A stretch of 63,340 nt of DNA, counting the filler, from Sphacelaria rigidula (lineage: Eukaryota), in assembly GCA_964200075.2 (NCBI GenBank). It is 11 parts of 11 records of this genome, joined end to end, with 100 filler letters (N's around TTAATTAATTAA, not from the genome) between each part and the next. Parts side by side here need not be neighbours in the genome. Positions count along the whole stretch, not along the records: positions 46,140 to 51,806 come from CAXNAA020025434.1; positions 51,907 to 57,573 come from CAXNAA020025435.1; positions 57,674 to 63,340 come from CAXNAA020025436.1; 8 more parts are not named here. One strand, given 5' to 3'. Below are positions 51,251 to 63,340 of this stretch, piece after piece; the stretch's first letter is position 1; each line of letters begins with the position of its first letter. Under the pieces are notes generated by a model. That model searched no databases. It saw only the letters and a list, made by a program, of their open reading frames with translations, and had not been told where the DNA came from. Made by a program: the position numbers and the translations under genes.

Positions 51251-53295
51251 GACCAAACTGCTCCGGCACACACCGGGGGATGAAACACCACATACACACA
51301 TAGAGATGAACATGAGAACAGGGGGAAGCAGATAATGAGAGTGTACCAACGGCAAAACTCTGGGCAGAGGAAGAGGTGCGAAAACGCCCCAAGGGGCACC
51401 GCAGAAACACGGACAGAGGACAACGTCCAAAATTTATTGGGACGGGCAGGAGTGTAAGTACTGTACTGGAGTGAACACCTCTGTTCATGTTGATATCATT
51501 ATGAATATTCGATATTGCCATCCCAAGCTCTCCCGCCCGTGGGACGGGAGCGCTGAAGGAACGCAGATAGGTGAAGTGATCATCGGAGCCAAAAAATTGT
51601 ATAAATTAAGTAACGATGGGGATGAGGGGGGCAGCTCAAATGCCCCCCGAACATGGGAAAACCAACAAACCAGACATGGAAATCCGCACTATTTCACCCT
51701 TTCACAGCCGACTTTTAAATTTTGGGGTTGATCTCTAAAATGGGGTTGAAGTGGCATTTCTCTCTTGCACGGAAGACGCGAAACACTAGCGACCTAGCGA
51801 AGCCATNNNNNNNNNNNNNNNNNNNNNNNNNNNNNNNNNNNNNNNNNNNNTTAATTAATTAANNNNNNNNNNNNNNNNNNNNNNNNNNNNNNNNNNNNNN
51901 NNNNNNGGGCAATCAGGCAGAATAAATCGTGAATTTGGTGATTTTGAGTCGTGATGATTTGTCCTAACAGTGGAAGGCTTAGCAAGAAAGAACCGCTAAT
52001 GGAAAAGCAGTCGTCTGTGAGTAAGACAACGTTACAAGGGTCGGACGAATTAATGATTTGCCTGAAAAATATTTGATTTCAGTGTAACTGATTCGTACCG
52101 TATGAATCAATCCTTGGGCTTTGTTTTCAGCGTTGCAACTCAGGTACGCGCAGCTCAGGCACGGGGTATGGCGAAAAAGTTGCGTGGAGCCCTCTTTGAC
52201 CAGCGGTCAACTTCTTCCCCTCTTTCGAGCAATCAGGCCTGAAAAATCGTGGATTTGATGATTCAAACCGGCGATGATTCGTCCGAACCGTGCAACGTTA
52301 CTGCTGCAGTCTCATTCGCGTTGGCGGTGGTGGTAGGCGAGAAATTTGCACAAGCTTCCGGCCCAAAATCGAACCACCAACGAACCACACTCGGTTACGC
52401 CGCCAGAAGCACATACGTCCACCATCAAATACTCCACGTCCTTGAGCTGTTAGGGACAAAAAAGCAGTTGTGCGTGTTGACCGCGCGCATGTACCATTGC
52501 TGGCGCGACCATGACAACTGTTGTCCTTGAATGTTTCAGACTGTGAGTTGGCAACGTAGCTAGTCCCGGCTCGTGCACGAATAAGCTGAACTATGACGTG
52601 CGGGGTTCGCGTGGCACCGGTCTTTTTCATGTAATGGTTACCCAACCCACCATAAACGATCATGTTGAGCCCTCGGCTGCAAAAACGAGAAACAGACAGC
52701 TCAGTCGGCGGGCGCCAAAAGGTCCACAGAGGCTAACGGCTAGCTGGGTTGTTGACAAAAGAAAAGCAGGCATTGGGATGGCTGGTGGCTGCACTCGTGT
52801 TAGAGCGCCCTCGAAGTACTGTAAATACCGGACTTCGTATGCTTGGATTTCGGGTCCGCGAGGGTGTCGTGTCGCAACTTGCTCTACATTCATCCATTTT
52901 TGTGCATGCTCGTCGAGCCATCAGGTTCAAGAACCAGCCAAATCAACGCTCGCTCCCAGCGAAACGTTCTGCGGGCGGACTAAAAAGGTTATTTCAGCTC
53001 CAAAATGCGGCAGAGCACCGCTGTCAAGTACGCTGATGGCACATCTTTCCTAGCCCACCGAGGGAGACTACCCGACGATTCTCCGAGGCATTTCGCTGCC
53101 GCCGGAAGCTCGGGATTCGAATATGCTCAACATGTTCGCCTTGTGTGTATTTCTCCGCACCCATTAACCATCCCAGCATGCAAGATTTCCACAAGGCCGG
53201 GACAGTACGGGTACCGCAACACTGGAGTAACAATAAACTGAGGATTTGTGCTAGGGAAGCCTTGGATATACATCTATCCCGAAGAGTACGTTCAC

Positions 53296-53981
53296 CTTTC
53301 TCGAGCTACACGCGCCGCTTCAGGCTCATTGCGGCGGGCGCGTCGTGACTGCCGAGGGGTTGTTGCACGTAGCGCCAGCAGCTGCAGGAGCAGCCTCAGG
53401 TAGACCGTGCTGGAGCCTAGTAGGGAACTAGCAAGGTGTGGCTGCGCCAGCTGCAGCCGAGACAAGTTGGCCAAAGCTTCGCACTCTAGCACGCTGTGGG
53501 CGACGGTCGTGATACTATCGCCGCCTCCACCGTTGTGCGGGCTGCTGCCGTGACTGTGTAGTGTGTCAGGTGCGGAGTTATTCGGGGCAGCAATAGTACC
53601 AGCCTCCTCGTGACTGTTGACATTGTAGCAACTCGAGCATATCGCTGATCTCCGACAGCCAGTGCACACGAATTCTCGCGGTCCAGCGGTAGTGCTGGGC
53701 AATGCCCTGTTCCCGCTATCACTGCTGCTGGCAGTTGTCGCCGTCATGTACTCCACCGTGGCAGTCCTGGACTCGTCATGATCAATTGGCTGCAGGCAAT
53801 TCCGGCAGTTCTTGGACTCGTGAGCATCGTTCAGGACGGAAACCGGGGCTTTGCAGTGGAGAAGAGCCGTGCCTGCAGGTACACCTGCACCATTTTTGAG
53901 AAAGTATCCTCTGCCTGCACCATTCACATCGCAGGCTTCAATTAGGCTTGGCGCATGTGCCACGTATGCCGATGCATTCAT
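53296..53981 (-). CDS. First exon of a SET and MYND domain (SMYD-like) protein
   Basis: GAGRGYFL...VPAGTALL...P, then CRNC, CTGC, CSSC and H...EC, then LRLLLQLL; AG|GTGAA donor. Confidence 0.8.
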
Positions 53982-54319
53982 GTCCGGCGCGGTGTGCGGG
54001 TGTAGCGGTGGGTTCTGTTGCTCTACCAACCACATCAGAACCGAACCAAGTTCAGAACCTATGTTGGAACCAACCAAAAAGCGATCCGGAGTAGAATCGA
54101 ACCAAAAGAATCCAGCTTTGATCCTGCATCTCAGCTTTCCCACACCTCGCGACGACAAGCTGTTCACGAGGTATACCTACAGCAGCCTTTCTTGATTCCT
54201 TGCGTATTTCCCTCGACATCTGTCAATCGTTGGTGCTATTTTGTGCCGGTGCTACCTTCTGTGCAAAATCGCTGAGGGAGCAGGAAGCTTGCAACCTGCC
54301 GGCGGCCGCACTTCTCGGC

Positions 54320-54499
54320 ATGAGAGAGATGCCGAGTGCGAAACCTCGCGTGGCTGATAATACAGTCATCAATGAGGCCACTATACTGAAGGTCGCGGGG
54401 GATGCTCGATGTCTTGAGGGTGTGAGGCAGCTGATTCTCCGGGGCTTGAAGCTCACGGGGTTTGAGACGTCGTGTACCCCTCGACTGCACAGGCTCACG
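54320..54499 (+). CDS. Leucine-rich repeat protein exon 1
   Basis: ATG...VRQLILRGLKLTGF; phase-0 GT donor. Confidence 0.75.
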
Positions 54500-55453
54500 G
54501 TGCGTGTTTGACGCGGATGTTCACGTTGGTATTCGGGATGCCCAGTATTGTAGATACCACATGAAACATGTGCGAGTGTGCACACGCAGTAGGACGGGGG
54601 TGTCTAGCATTGAGAACCAGTTACAGAACCCCAGAGTGATGCTACGACAGAGGTACGCGCGGGGGGGCTATTGTGGACCATTTCTTCCACAAAATTCCAT
54701 CTAAAATAGTGGCTGAAAGCAGCAACGTCTATTCGAACGCGTTTGTTACCAATGAGACACACTCCTCCACATGCACTTGACACCGTTTCCACCCAACTAC
54801 AAACGCACCGCGAGTAGTTAGGTCGTCTGACACACCTGTGAGCTCCTGTTTTTCGTGGAACCATCTCTCTCTCTCTCTTTCTCTCTCTCTCTCCCCCTCC
54901 CCATCGTAGCATCATCCCCACTTTCTCATTTTGCTCGTGCTGTCCGACACAACTCATCCGGTGATACTCGATCGCCGCTCTCTCTCCCTCTCTTTGGCCT
55001 CTACCGCGCATTGGCCCCTGCTGAGCCTTTTCGGCAGTTCAATGAAGTCAAGTACTTGAGTACGTACCTTGTAACACTCTTGCTTCTCGCATATATTGCC
55101 GGTAAGTCTACGTGTACCCGTGTACCTAAATAATTACACCTGCCCCCCCCCCCGGATCATAATGAAATCAAGTCGAGCGCCCTTTTCCCCCCAGAACGTT
55201 ACTTCTTGATTTTGGTGAGGGTTCCAAACCTGACAGAAGATTTCAAAATTTGACCCACATGTCGAGATCCGAATTTACGCATGTTCCTTGAACTATTCGA
55301 AATAAGAATACGACCTGAAAATCATAGCCCTAAAATGCATTTTTTCCTTTGTCAGCTTCGGGATCTACAGACTAAAATGTACAGGTCGCATATCTCCCTC
55401 TTCCTCTCTCTTGTCATGTCCGAATGCTGCCATGTCGCCTACAACGTACGCAG

Positions 55454-55707
55454 GTGCTGTCGCTCTCGAACAATTCCCTTCGAGACCTCAAAGACTTTCG
55501 CCACCTGGTTAGCCTCGTCGAGCTGAACATCAATTTCAACGCCGTCACATCGCTGCAGGGATTGATGTGTCCAGGGCTTCGAAAACTATTTATATCTAAC
55601 AATCTTCTCGCAAGTGCTGAAGGGCTGCGATTCTTTTCCAACCTCCAAACCCTGTGTCTCTTCAACAACATACTGCCAGACCTTGGTGTGGTCTTGCAAT
55701 ACCTGCG
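55454..55707 (+). CDS. Leucine-rich repeat protein exon 2 (SDS22-like LRRs)
   Basis: VLSLSNNSL, LVELNINFNAV, LRKLFISNNLL and LQTLCLFNNIL. Confidence 0.92.
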
Positions 55708-56537
55708 GTATGTCTGATGAATTAACGTCGTTGAGTTGACGTCTGTATATACTATTGCGGGTGGAGCCGGAACAAGTGAGATGTGATCAGGGGGTGCGGA
55801 GACGACGCAGAATCAAAGGTGTTCTATGAATTCGTCCCGTTCTTGTGTCGTAGTACGTGATGAGGGCCAGTAATTTCCTTTTTCCTTTCCACGGAGGGCT
55901 CTCACCTGTCTAAGGAAATAACAAAAGCAGTTGTTGATGATGCAGCAACAGAGTTTGGCAACCTACAAATCATCTGAGGGCCGGCGCGACACGCTTTGTG
56001 TATTATTTATCACACAATTCAGTTCCATCTCTTCTCATGATGTAAGTGGGAAAGGAACAAAGTACGTCGACCTACATGTTATAACATTTTAAGAGACGGT
56101 TCTCGTCCAGTGCAGTATAGCACAGCTCAGTACAGTGCAGTGCAGAAGATGCATTGGAGTATCACTGGCGCGTATTTTTGGCAGGTTAACTTTTTCACGG
56201 GGGCGTCAAAAATGCGAAATTTACGGAACTTGTTGGCACCATAAACGCTGGTGTATGTCTGCACCGCGGCCATCAAACGACTACTGCTGCTGCTGTGTTC
56301 GTACGTGTGTATACGGTTGCTTGAGATAAGATATACCTCGAACAAAATTCAGCCCACTAACGCATGTAGCAGCTGCTGGAGACAGCCGTGTAGGGACCTG
56401 CAATGGTTAGTGCAGAATTGCGCAGATGCATTGGAGTATTTGCGACTGCAGCGGCAGACCCACTGTGTACAAGTTTGTTACCCTATACCTCCACGGCATG
56501 CAAATATCCCGGCATGCGACTGGCAACCCGGAGTCAG

Positions 56538-57045
56538 GCATCTCGAGGAGCTGCAAGAGCTGGATCTAGACGGCAACCCCTGCGCAAGAAGCTGGGGGTA
56601 CAAGCATCGCGTCGTTCACTCCTGCCCACCCGGGCTGAGCCAACTAGACGGAGAGGAAGTGTCTCAATTGGACCGTGACCTGTCCGAGCTATTTTTTGAG
56701 GAAGAGCAGAATCGGATAGACATACTTCGAGGAGCGACAGATATCGGAGTAGATAAAGACAGGTTACAGCCAATCCGTTCGGGCGAAGGTCGTTATCGTA
56801 GTGGCGGTGGTAGCGGCGGACGGCCTGCCGCCGCTCGTACTAGTACACGCAATAATCGGAGGTATAGGGGTGAGGAGGGCCGTAGTATGTTTCGGGGTCG
56901 ACGGGAGAAGGACAGTATCGAGGTGAAGGGGACAGGATCGAAGCTGAGTGAAGAGCCCCACGACAGGTGCTCGAGTGGGGGGGTCGACGCACGGGAAGAC
57001 GGAGCGCGCCTCATGACCTCTGATCGGCTCAACAACGACCCATAT
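56538..57045 (+). CDS. Leucine-rich repeat protein exon 3 (LRR cap)
   Basis: LQELDLDGNPC....YKHRVV...LSQLDGEEV is an LRRcap motif; CG|G joins in phase. Confidence 0.88.
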
Positions 57046-57681
57046 GTGAGCCGTAGGGCAGCAGTGTATTATTTGTTATTCATTATTTTCTGTACAACTA
57101 GCTTAGCTTCGGCGGTTGGTTTGAGGCGAACTGCATATCTGAGATAGACTCCTGCAACGTTAGTAGAGCGCCGCGGTCGGAGTGCTTAGTTCGTATTTCT
57201 GCATACAGGTGGCCAGAGGGCATCTTACGTTACATTCACAGCCCTAGTTTGCGATTTCGAATTGCCAGAGTCGCCACAACCTGCCCCGCAAAGAGGCCGC
57301 AACCTCGTGGTGCACAAGACGCGGTGCAAACCGGCATGTGCAAAACCCTACGGCGTCCCGGGAAATGGACGCTCGAGAATGCTGCCATCGGCGCGGCACG
57401 TGATCTTCTGCGCCGGAGAGACCGCAATACAGCAGTTTGCTGCCGGATAGTATTGTTTTTGTTTTCAGTGTATGCTATTATACATACCTGTGCAATAGTA
57501 CCACATGTCGGACAGATCAGTTTCTATGCGATCCAGCTCCTACAGGTGAAGTATGAACACACTTATGTACCTGNNNNNNNNNNNNNNNNNNNNNNNNNNN
57601 NNNNNNNNNNNNNNNNNTTAATTAATTAANNNNNNNNNNNNNNNNNNNNNNNNNNNNNNNNNNNNNNNNNNNNGGGGGTGG

Positions 57682-57712
<31 letters not shown>

Positions 57713-57984
57713 TAAGTCGTACGTGACACAGCACAGCAACTGCCGATAATGACTTCTGGAGGTTTAAAAAGTCAAAGGCCGGGGGAACGTTACCTGAGGG
57801 GGTGGTATTTAGAAATCCCGGTAGAATATTTGAGGTAGCGGTATGATGTCGAAAATGGCGGGGAGAGTATCTCCTCTGGTGTTACTCGAGGGGGCGGGGG
57901 AGAGGCAGATTCAGCTCAGAGGTGCTGGAATGTGTGCCGCGTACGGTTCTGGGTCGGATTGTATAATTAATGATTTTCCTTTAC

Positions 57985-58211
57985 CCTATCTTAGGGTAGT
58001 TAGGCTGTGACCACGGAAGGCGTCCGCATTAGATGCCCAGTACAGAGTACTGCGCAGATATCGGAACGGTGTTCAGTGTGAAGGCAACAACAACGGATTG
58101 TATCTTCAATGATTTCCTTATACTTCATCTTGGGGGAGTTAGTCTGTGACCACGGAAGGCGTCCGCAACAGAGTACTGCGCAGATATCGGAACGGTGTTT
58201 AGTGTGAAGGT

Positions 58212-58263
<52 letters not shown>

Positions 58264-58278
58264 GCAGCAACAACAGCA
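57985..58278 (+). repeat. Two tandem copies of a short retroposon-like 3' end with (CAA)n tails
   Basis: ctgtgaccacggaaggcgtccgca...acagagtactgcgcagatatcggaacggtgtt.agtgtgaagg.aacaacaac occurs twice. Confidence 0.85.
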
Positions 58279-58815
58279 AGTACGGTAGTTGGTACGAGGG
58301 GGGGTGGCTTTGTGTGTGGAAACAACGAGAGTGGTGGCTGCTGTTCCAGGCTGTGTTTACTTTTGCTGCTGTTGTTGCTGTTGGTGATACCACACCACGA
58401 AAGACCAGGATCGCACGACGGGAAAAAAAAGTCTGAGTGAGGCGCATGGCCAAGGGAGAAGACAAAACAGGACAAGAGAGAGACAGGGGAGGAGGGGTGG
58501 TGCCTTGCACGCCTACACATAAAACATGAGAGAAACACACAAAAAAAAATGAAGGAAATAACAGAGTGTATCTATCTACAGTACAACAAAACTCCGATTA
58601 AGTGAGGAACAAAAACGCAAGCGAACTGGTTTTCAACTATTGATGCACACATCGTGTACGGAACAAAAGTGACGGCACTGGACAGGCGAGCCCATGTCTG
58701 AGACCACGGATTCGAGAGATCTGGACAATGTGCGGAAATATCGAATATATGTATATACAGCACGCCAGTGAAAAAACATGGAAGATGTGAAAATCGAATA
58801 ATGAAAGACTCTCAC

Positions 58816-58965
58816 CCGTGGTGGGGGCGTCTCCGGATCTACGGCCATGGCCTTCCAATCTCCGCTCGGCAGAGGAACCACGCCGTATTCATCGGCGACC
58901 ATACCCATGTGCACAGGAGGCATGGGTGGACGTGTGTTCCAAGGTCGGTAGTTGTGCTTGGATTT
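58816..58965 (-). CDS. Exon of an unidentified gene
   Basis: CAG|KSKHNYRPWNTRPPMPPVHMGMVADEYGVVPLPSGDWKAMAVDPETPPPR|GTGAG, 150 nt. Confidence 0.5.
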
Positions 58966-59003
58966 CTGCGCTTGGCAGCACAGAAAGCGCAGTACAAACG
59001 CAC

Positions 59004-59038
<35 letters not shown>

Positions 59039-59582
59039 CGTCAGTCATTACAAGAAAAAACGACTGCATTGATTGACGGTTATGGTGTGCGCTGGAAGCA
59101 CCGAACGCAAGATCGCTGTTTCACGTTGCAAGTTTTTTTTTTTTTACCTTTTTTTGTTTCCGCATGAGTTTTCCCGGCGGAGTACGCAAGGGTAGGTACC
59201 GCATCAGCGGGGGCATCTTTGGCACTGTCTCACAGCACAGTAACATTGTGAACAAAAGTGTGATTTTTTCGCCTGACGAGAGTGAAAAAGAGCCAAATAT
59301 TACAGTAGATACGGCACAAAAATCATTATCAAATATATCGCGGTCAAACAACGAGCAAGTATTTTCTCGGTACCTGAAAGTGATGGAATGCTGCCATGGT
59401 GCAGCCTTTCTCCACGTAGCTCTCCCACGCATCTCTGAAAGCTGCGTATGGGGGCGGCAGCAACAACAGCAGCGTGATAGCGGGAGCGGTGCACCATGCG
59501 ACAACTAGTGTATTAGCGCCTATGATCTTGATTTAATTCAAAGAGCAGGACTCAACAAAATGTCACCCAGATGTCTCGGCAG

Positions 59583-60175
59583 CAGTGGTGGGTATCGAGA
59601 AAAAATCGACGGGATACCATATTCGATATCTGTTCTAAAAAACTCGCGATATCGATACGGTACGATATCCGATACATCGTATCGTGCCATATCGCACGAT
59701 ATCGGATACGATATTGAGAAATCCGCCTCCAATTTCACCCTAGAGAAAAAGTATGAATTATCGCGGGGTTATCGCACCCCCGTGCGATGACCGCTGTACC
59801 TGTGCGATAATCGAATTTAATCATTTGTTTTTTTGCTTTTTTTACGCACCGCTGTGCCATAACCCTGACATGTGCGATGACCAGCAGTGTCATGGTACCA
59901 CATTACGTAGCTACGACGACGATGAACAGACAGGTCTATGTATGTTTGTGTGCGCGAGACGTGTTGCCAGTCTCATGCATCCCACATGCACTATTGGTTG
60001 ACTAGCAACAGTACACTTCATGTCGTAATCCGCAATATATCGCGGGATACGAGATACGATACTGTATGGTATCGAAATGTTACGCAATTTTGGGCGACAT
60101 CGGTACGATATATTCCGGATATATTGGGGTAGGTATATCAATGTTGAAGATATAATACTACACCAATCATCACTT
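59583..60175. mobile_element. Decayed non-autonomous element rich in CGATAC/GATATC motifs; second copy at about 60492-60890
   Basis: Colinear tcgagaaaaaa..gacg.gatacc...cgcgatat...cgcctccaat in both copies. The CAGTG-like start is suggestive of hAT. Confidence 0.6.
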
Positions 60176-60975
60176 GACACTTGCACTACAGGATGAATTG
60201 CGGCGGGAATTCCGACCAATACATGAATCCATGGGGGAGGGGGAGGGGGGGTGTACTCATGATTATACATGCCGTAGTCCTAAGGCCATTGGAGGGGAGG
60301 GGGAGGAGGGAAACAAACATGTCACGATGATGTATAAAATATGGCACTTATTGTGCCGCGCTAGCTTGTAGTGTATGCATCAGCAGCACGTCCTATAAGT
60401 TTCTAGCTTGTGCAAAAACAATGCACAGGACCCAGTCAGCGTGTGGTGTGGTTCACACTGGACACCTTCTACGATAGCCCCCCCCCCCAGGAAAGTGATG
60501 TGCGTCGAGAAAAAAAGTGACGCGATACCGTGACCGATAATTGCTGTAAAAAAAACGCGATATTAAATACGATACCCGATACAGCATTTCGTATCGCGTG
60601 ATATCGCATGATATGGGATATCGGAATAGTCGCCTCCAATCTTCCCCAGACCGTCTGGAATCTAGAACAAATTCACGTTTCACACATGAAGCTGCGCACA
60701 CCGTATCTTGTCTCTCGTATGATATCGCACGATACATCACGGGATACGGATGATATATCGCGGGATACGAGATAAGATATGGTATCGAGACATATCGCGC
60801 AACGTCAGGCCATATCGATACCAATATGTCCCGATCTATCGAGGTATATATTGAGATTGAAAATACGATACGATACGCATGACCACACGCTAGTACAGAG
60901 GCATACCAGATATACTGGCATAACTTGCTCATCGCTGCCGTAGGTTACGGAATATCTGCAGAATTGCGTGTGCAC

Positions 60976-61120
60976 CTCGCTGGAGGTAGTGGCCATGAGA
61001 AAGATAGACGTTGCTCTTCCCCTCTAGCTCCAGGGAAAGGCACGTTTGGAAGCGGTCTTCCACCCAAAACTCGCACTGTTCCGTGGACACCTTCACAGGG
61101 ACAAACGCGCCCTCGTCAAC
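60976..61120 (-). CDS. Exon of an unidentified gene
   Basis: CAG|VDEGAFVPVKVSTEQCEFWVEDRFQTCLSLELEGKSNVYLSHGHYLQR|GT; in phase with the upstream exon. Confidence 0.55.
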
Positions 61121-61706
61121 CTGAGGGAATTCGGGAAATTGCAATTATCATGGGTTATAACGAACAAAACTTTTCAACAGGAAAAAGCGAAAACAAATGA
61201 CATGAAAATACCCACGGAAATAAACAGAAGACAACCGCAAAGACGGCGACGTAGCACCGATACGAACATCACGTAGTCACAGATAGAGCACCGCACACGA
61301 GGACACAACATGAGGTTATTCACCATCGTCAACAACAATAACAACAACAGCAGCAGCAGCAGCGACAACAACCAGTAGAGCTTGCCCCAGTTCGTATCCC
61401 TAAATCCACGGTTGAAACACATTTCATTCGAGTGTGAACGTCTACGTTTGAATCTATAGTGAGGGATGACAGTGTCGAGTGTTCCTGGCGTGCGCAGAAC
61501 GTGTTTCTTGTCCAATTCGCAGGCACCCATTTGAGACCTGCCAACGCACAATTTGCCTAGGGCACCCTTTGCGCCCCCCTAGCCCGCGGGTTCTCGGTAT
61601 GCCTTCGTTGGGATTAGCGTTAGCGTTAGCATCGCTTTTAAAATGTCAGCCATGGATTTGGGGCTATAAGCAGGATTGAATCCACCTCACAACACTCGTC
61701 ACTTAC

Positions 61707-61847
61707 CTGCATGTAAGGCAGTGTTGCCAATTTGCCTCCCTCTTCACCTACTCGGCGAGGGGTCACTGGACATTTCTTCAGCAGCCCGTCGCCAGAAAAC
61801 ACAACCTCGACGTCTTTGTTGATGAAGCCACTTGAATCCGTGAACGC
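61707..61847 (-). CDS. Exon of an unidentified gene
   Basis: AFTDSSGFINKDVEVVFSGDGLLKKCPVTPRRVGEEGGKLATLPYMQ with a consensus CAG|GTAAGT donor. Confidence 0.6.
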
Positions 61848-62974
61848 CTTACCGGAGCAATACACCACGCGCGGCAGCACCGGTGCGCGCCCGCGAGCGC
61901 GCGCGAGGGGTGGGACGGGGAGCGGGGGGCAAAATTTCAGATGAGACGGTGGAATGCTTGCACCGTTACTCTGTATGTACTTAATATTATTATTTTCCCG
62001 GCAGGTGAATACCAGTTTCGATGGGCGGGCATGAGAGAGACGTGCAAAAGTCCCCGTGACGGACTTTTACAAGACATGACTTGGGGGTGAATATTAGAAT
62101 CAGGGGGGACTACTGACATTCCCCGCAGCACAGTTTTTATGGATATTTTGACGGACGGGAGCTATGTAGCAGCGTGGCCACTGTAAACCTGATTATGTTA
62201 TTGCTTTGGTCCACAGCGATGTACCTGCTACCCAAGGGCTCGTTCTTTTTCCCATTATTTTGCACTATGCTGATCCTCGTCGCTATTCCATGGCCGCTCC
62301 GAGATGGACGATTAGTGTCGGTGTTGGAGTGTTAGGTGTGACCGAATGAAACGCGTATGGTATCTGTGTATGTTAGCACGAACAGGTCCAAGGCGCGAAT
62401 TTTCACACCATACCCGTCACGATAAGGACAAGCCGTCGCCAATCATCCACTTTGAGCAGAGCATACGCCTGTGACCACAAAAAAAAATAACATCACGTCT
62501 GCTGTACAGTAGTAAAGGACACTATTGACCAACCAGATGTCCCGAGTTTTTCTTTTTTTTGTTTTTTTAGCCGATCAGGAGAACTCTGCGCCACTTTCCA
62601 TTTTCTTCCCTGGGAACGCTTGTTCGTTCACGTGCAGCGACTTTTGAGTGAGAGAGCGTTTCCATGTGTACAATATAAGTACTCGACATGTGTGAGCACA
62701 GTACAGAAGGTAAAACACCTAAGAACATAAGTACAATCTCGAAGACAGCGACTTTATTTGCAAACATAGTGCAGCGATGTATTCAACAGACTCTAGATAA
62801 CTAGCACCAAAACTCACCTGCATTTTAGAAACATGGGCCAAGAGAGTGAGAGCGAGAGAGAGCAGGGGCGGCCGCGCCAAAATAAAAAAAGAAAAGTTGT
62901 AAGTTGTATAGAAGTAAGCGGACTTAAGCCTAAGAACAAGGTAGGCGATTGAAGACGTCACGAAAACGTCCTGT

Positions 62975-63093
62975 TGTTCGACCGCCTTTCTTTCCGTTCC
63001 TTCTTTCTCTCAGAGCGTGTTTCAGTTTCGTGTTTCTTGGGTACGTCTATGATGAGACCACGGCTGGACCCCTGGGGGGTCAGTTAAAGTGCG

Positions 63094-63125
<32 letters not shown>
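62975..63125 (+). mobile_element. RTE LINE 3' end copy with (CAAT)n tail
   Basis: Matches 22040-22190 and has a clean (CAAT)n run; another short copy lies on the minus strand at about 28352-28412. Confidence 0.85.
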
Positions 63126-63340
63126 CTGTTATCGACCCAATGTTTTGCGTACAAGAGGCACACAGAACTAAAGTTAATCTTTTGGTGGCTGTGAGGCGCT
63201 GGTGACCAAAATATCTTCAGCACGAAACTGCGTGGGAAAAACGCGTGTATCAAGGGAGAGAGGAAGGGAAGGGGGGTGTACTCATGACCTTGCATGCCAT
63301 AGTCGTAGGACCATTGACCTTGCATCCCTACAAAGCCGGG

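Overview
This window is not one locus. It is 11 unrelated eukaryotic contigs of 5667-5668 bp, apparently size-sorted, joined by 100-nt linkers (N44-TTAATTAATTAA-N44). Short exons in roughly kb-long introns, GC-AG donors, an axonemal dynein and the repeat landscape suggest a brown alga or other stramenopile (inference only). Gene fragments I can support: six spliceable exons of an inner-arm dynein heavy chain, four exons of nucleoporin TPR, a GH47 alpha-1,2-mannosidase exon, a PX-domain gene, a SET/MYND gene head-to-head with an LRR gene, a probable MON2 exon, a secreted-protein first exon and an unidentified three-exon gene. The rest is rich in mobile DNA: a decayed RTE-type LINE with a nested insertion, a second LINE fragment, several MITE/foldback elements, BED-finger and Harbinger-like relics, and several short interspersed families. 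The most interesting observations are (i) a tandem array of ~185-nt near-perfect hairpins inside a modular foldback structure and (ii) a TG(T/A)GACCACGG motif shared near the simple-repeat tails of four otherwise different repeat families. No prokaryotic system, CRISPR array, rRNA or tRNA was recognised.
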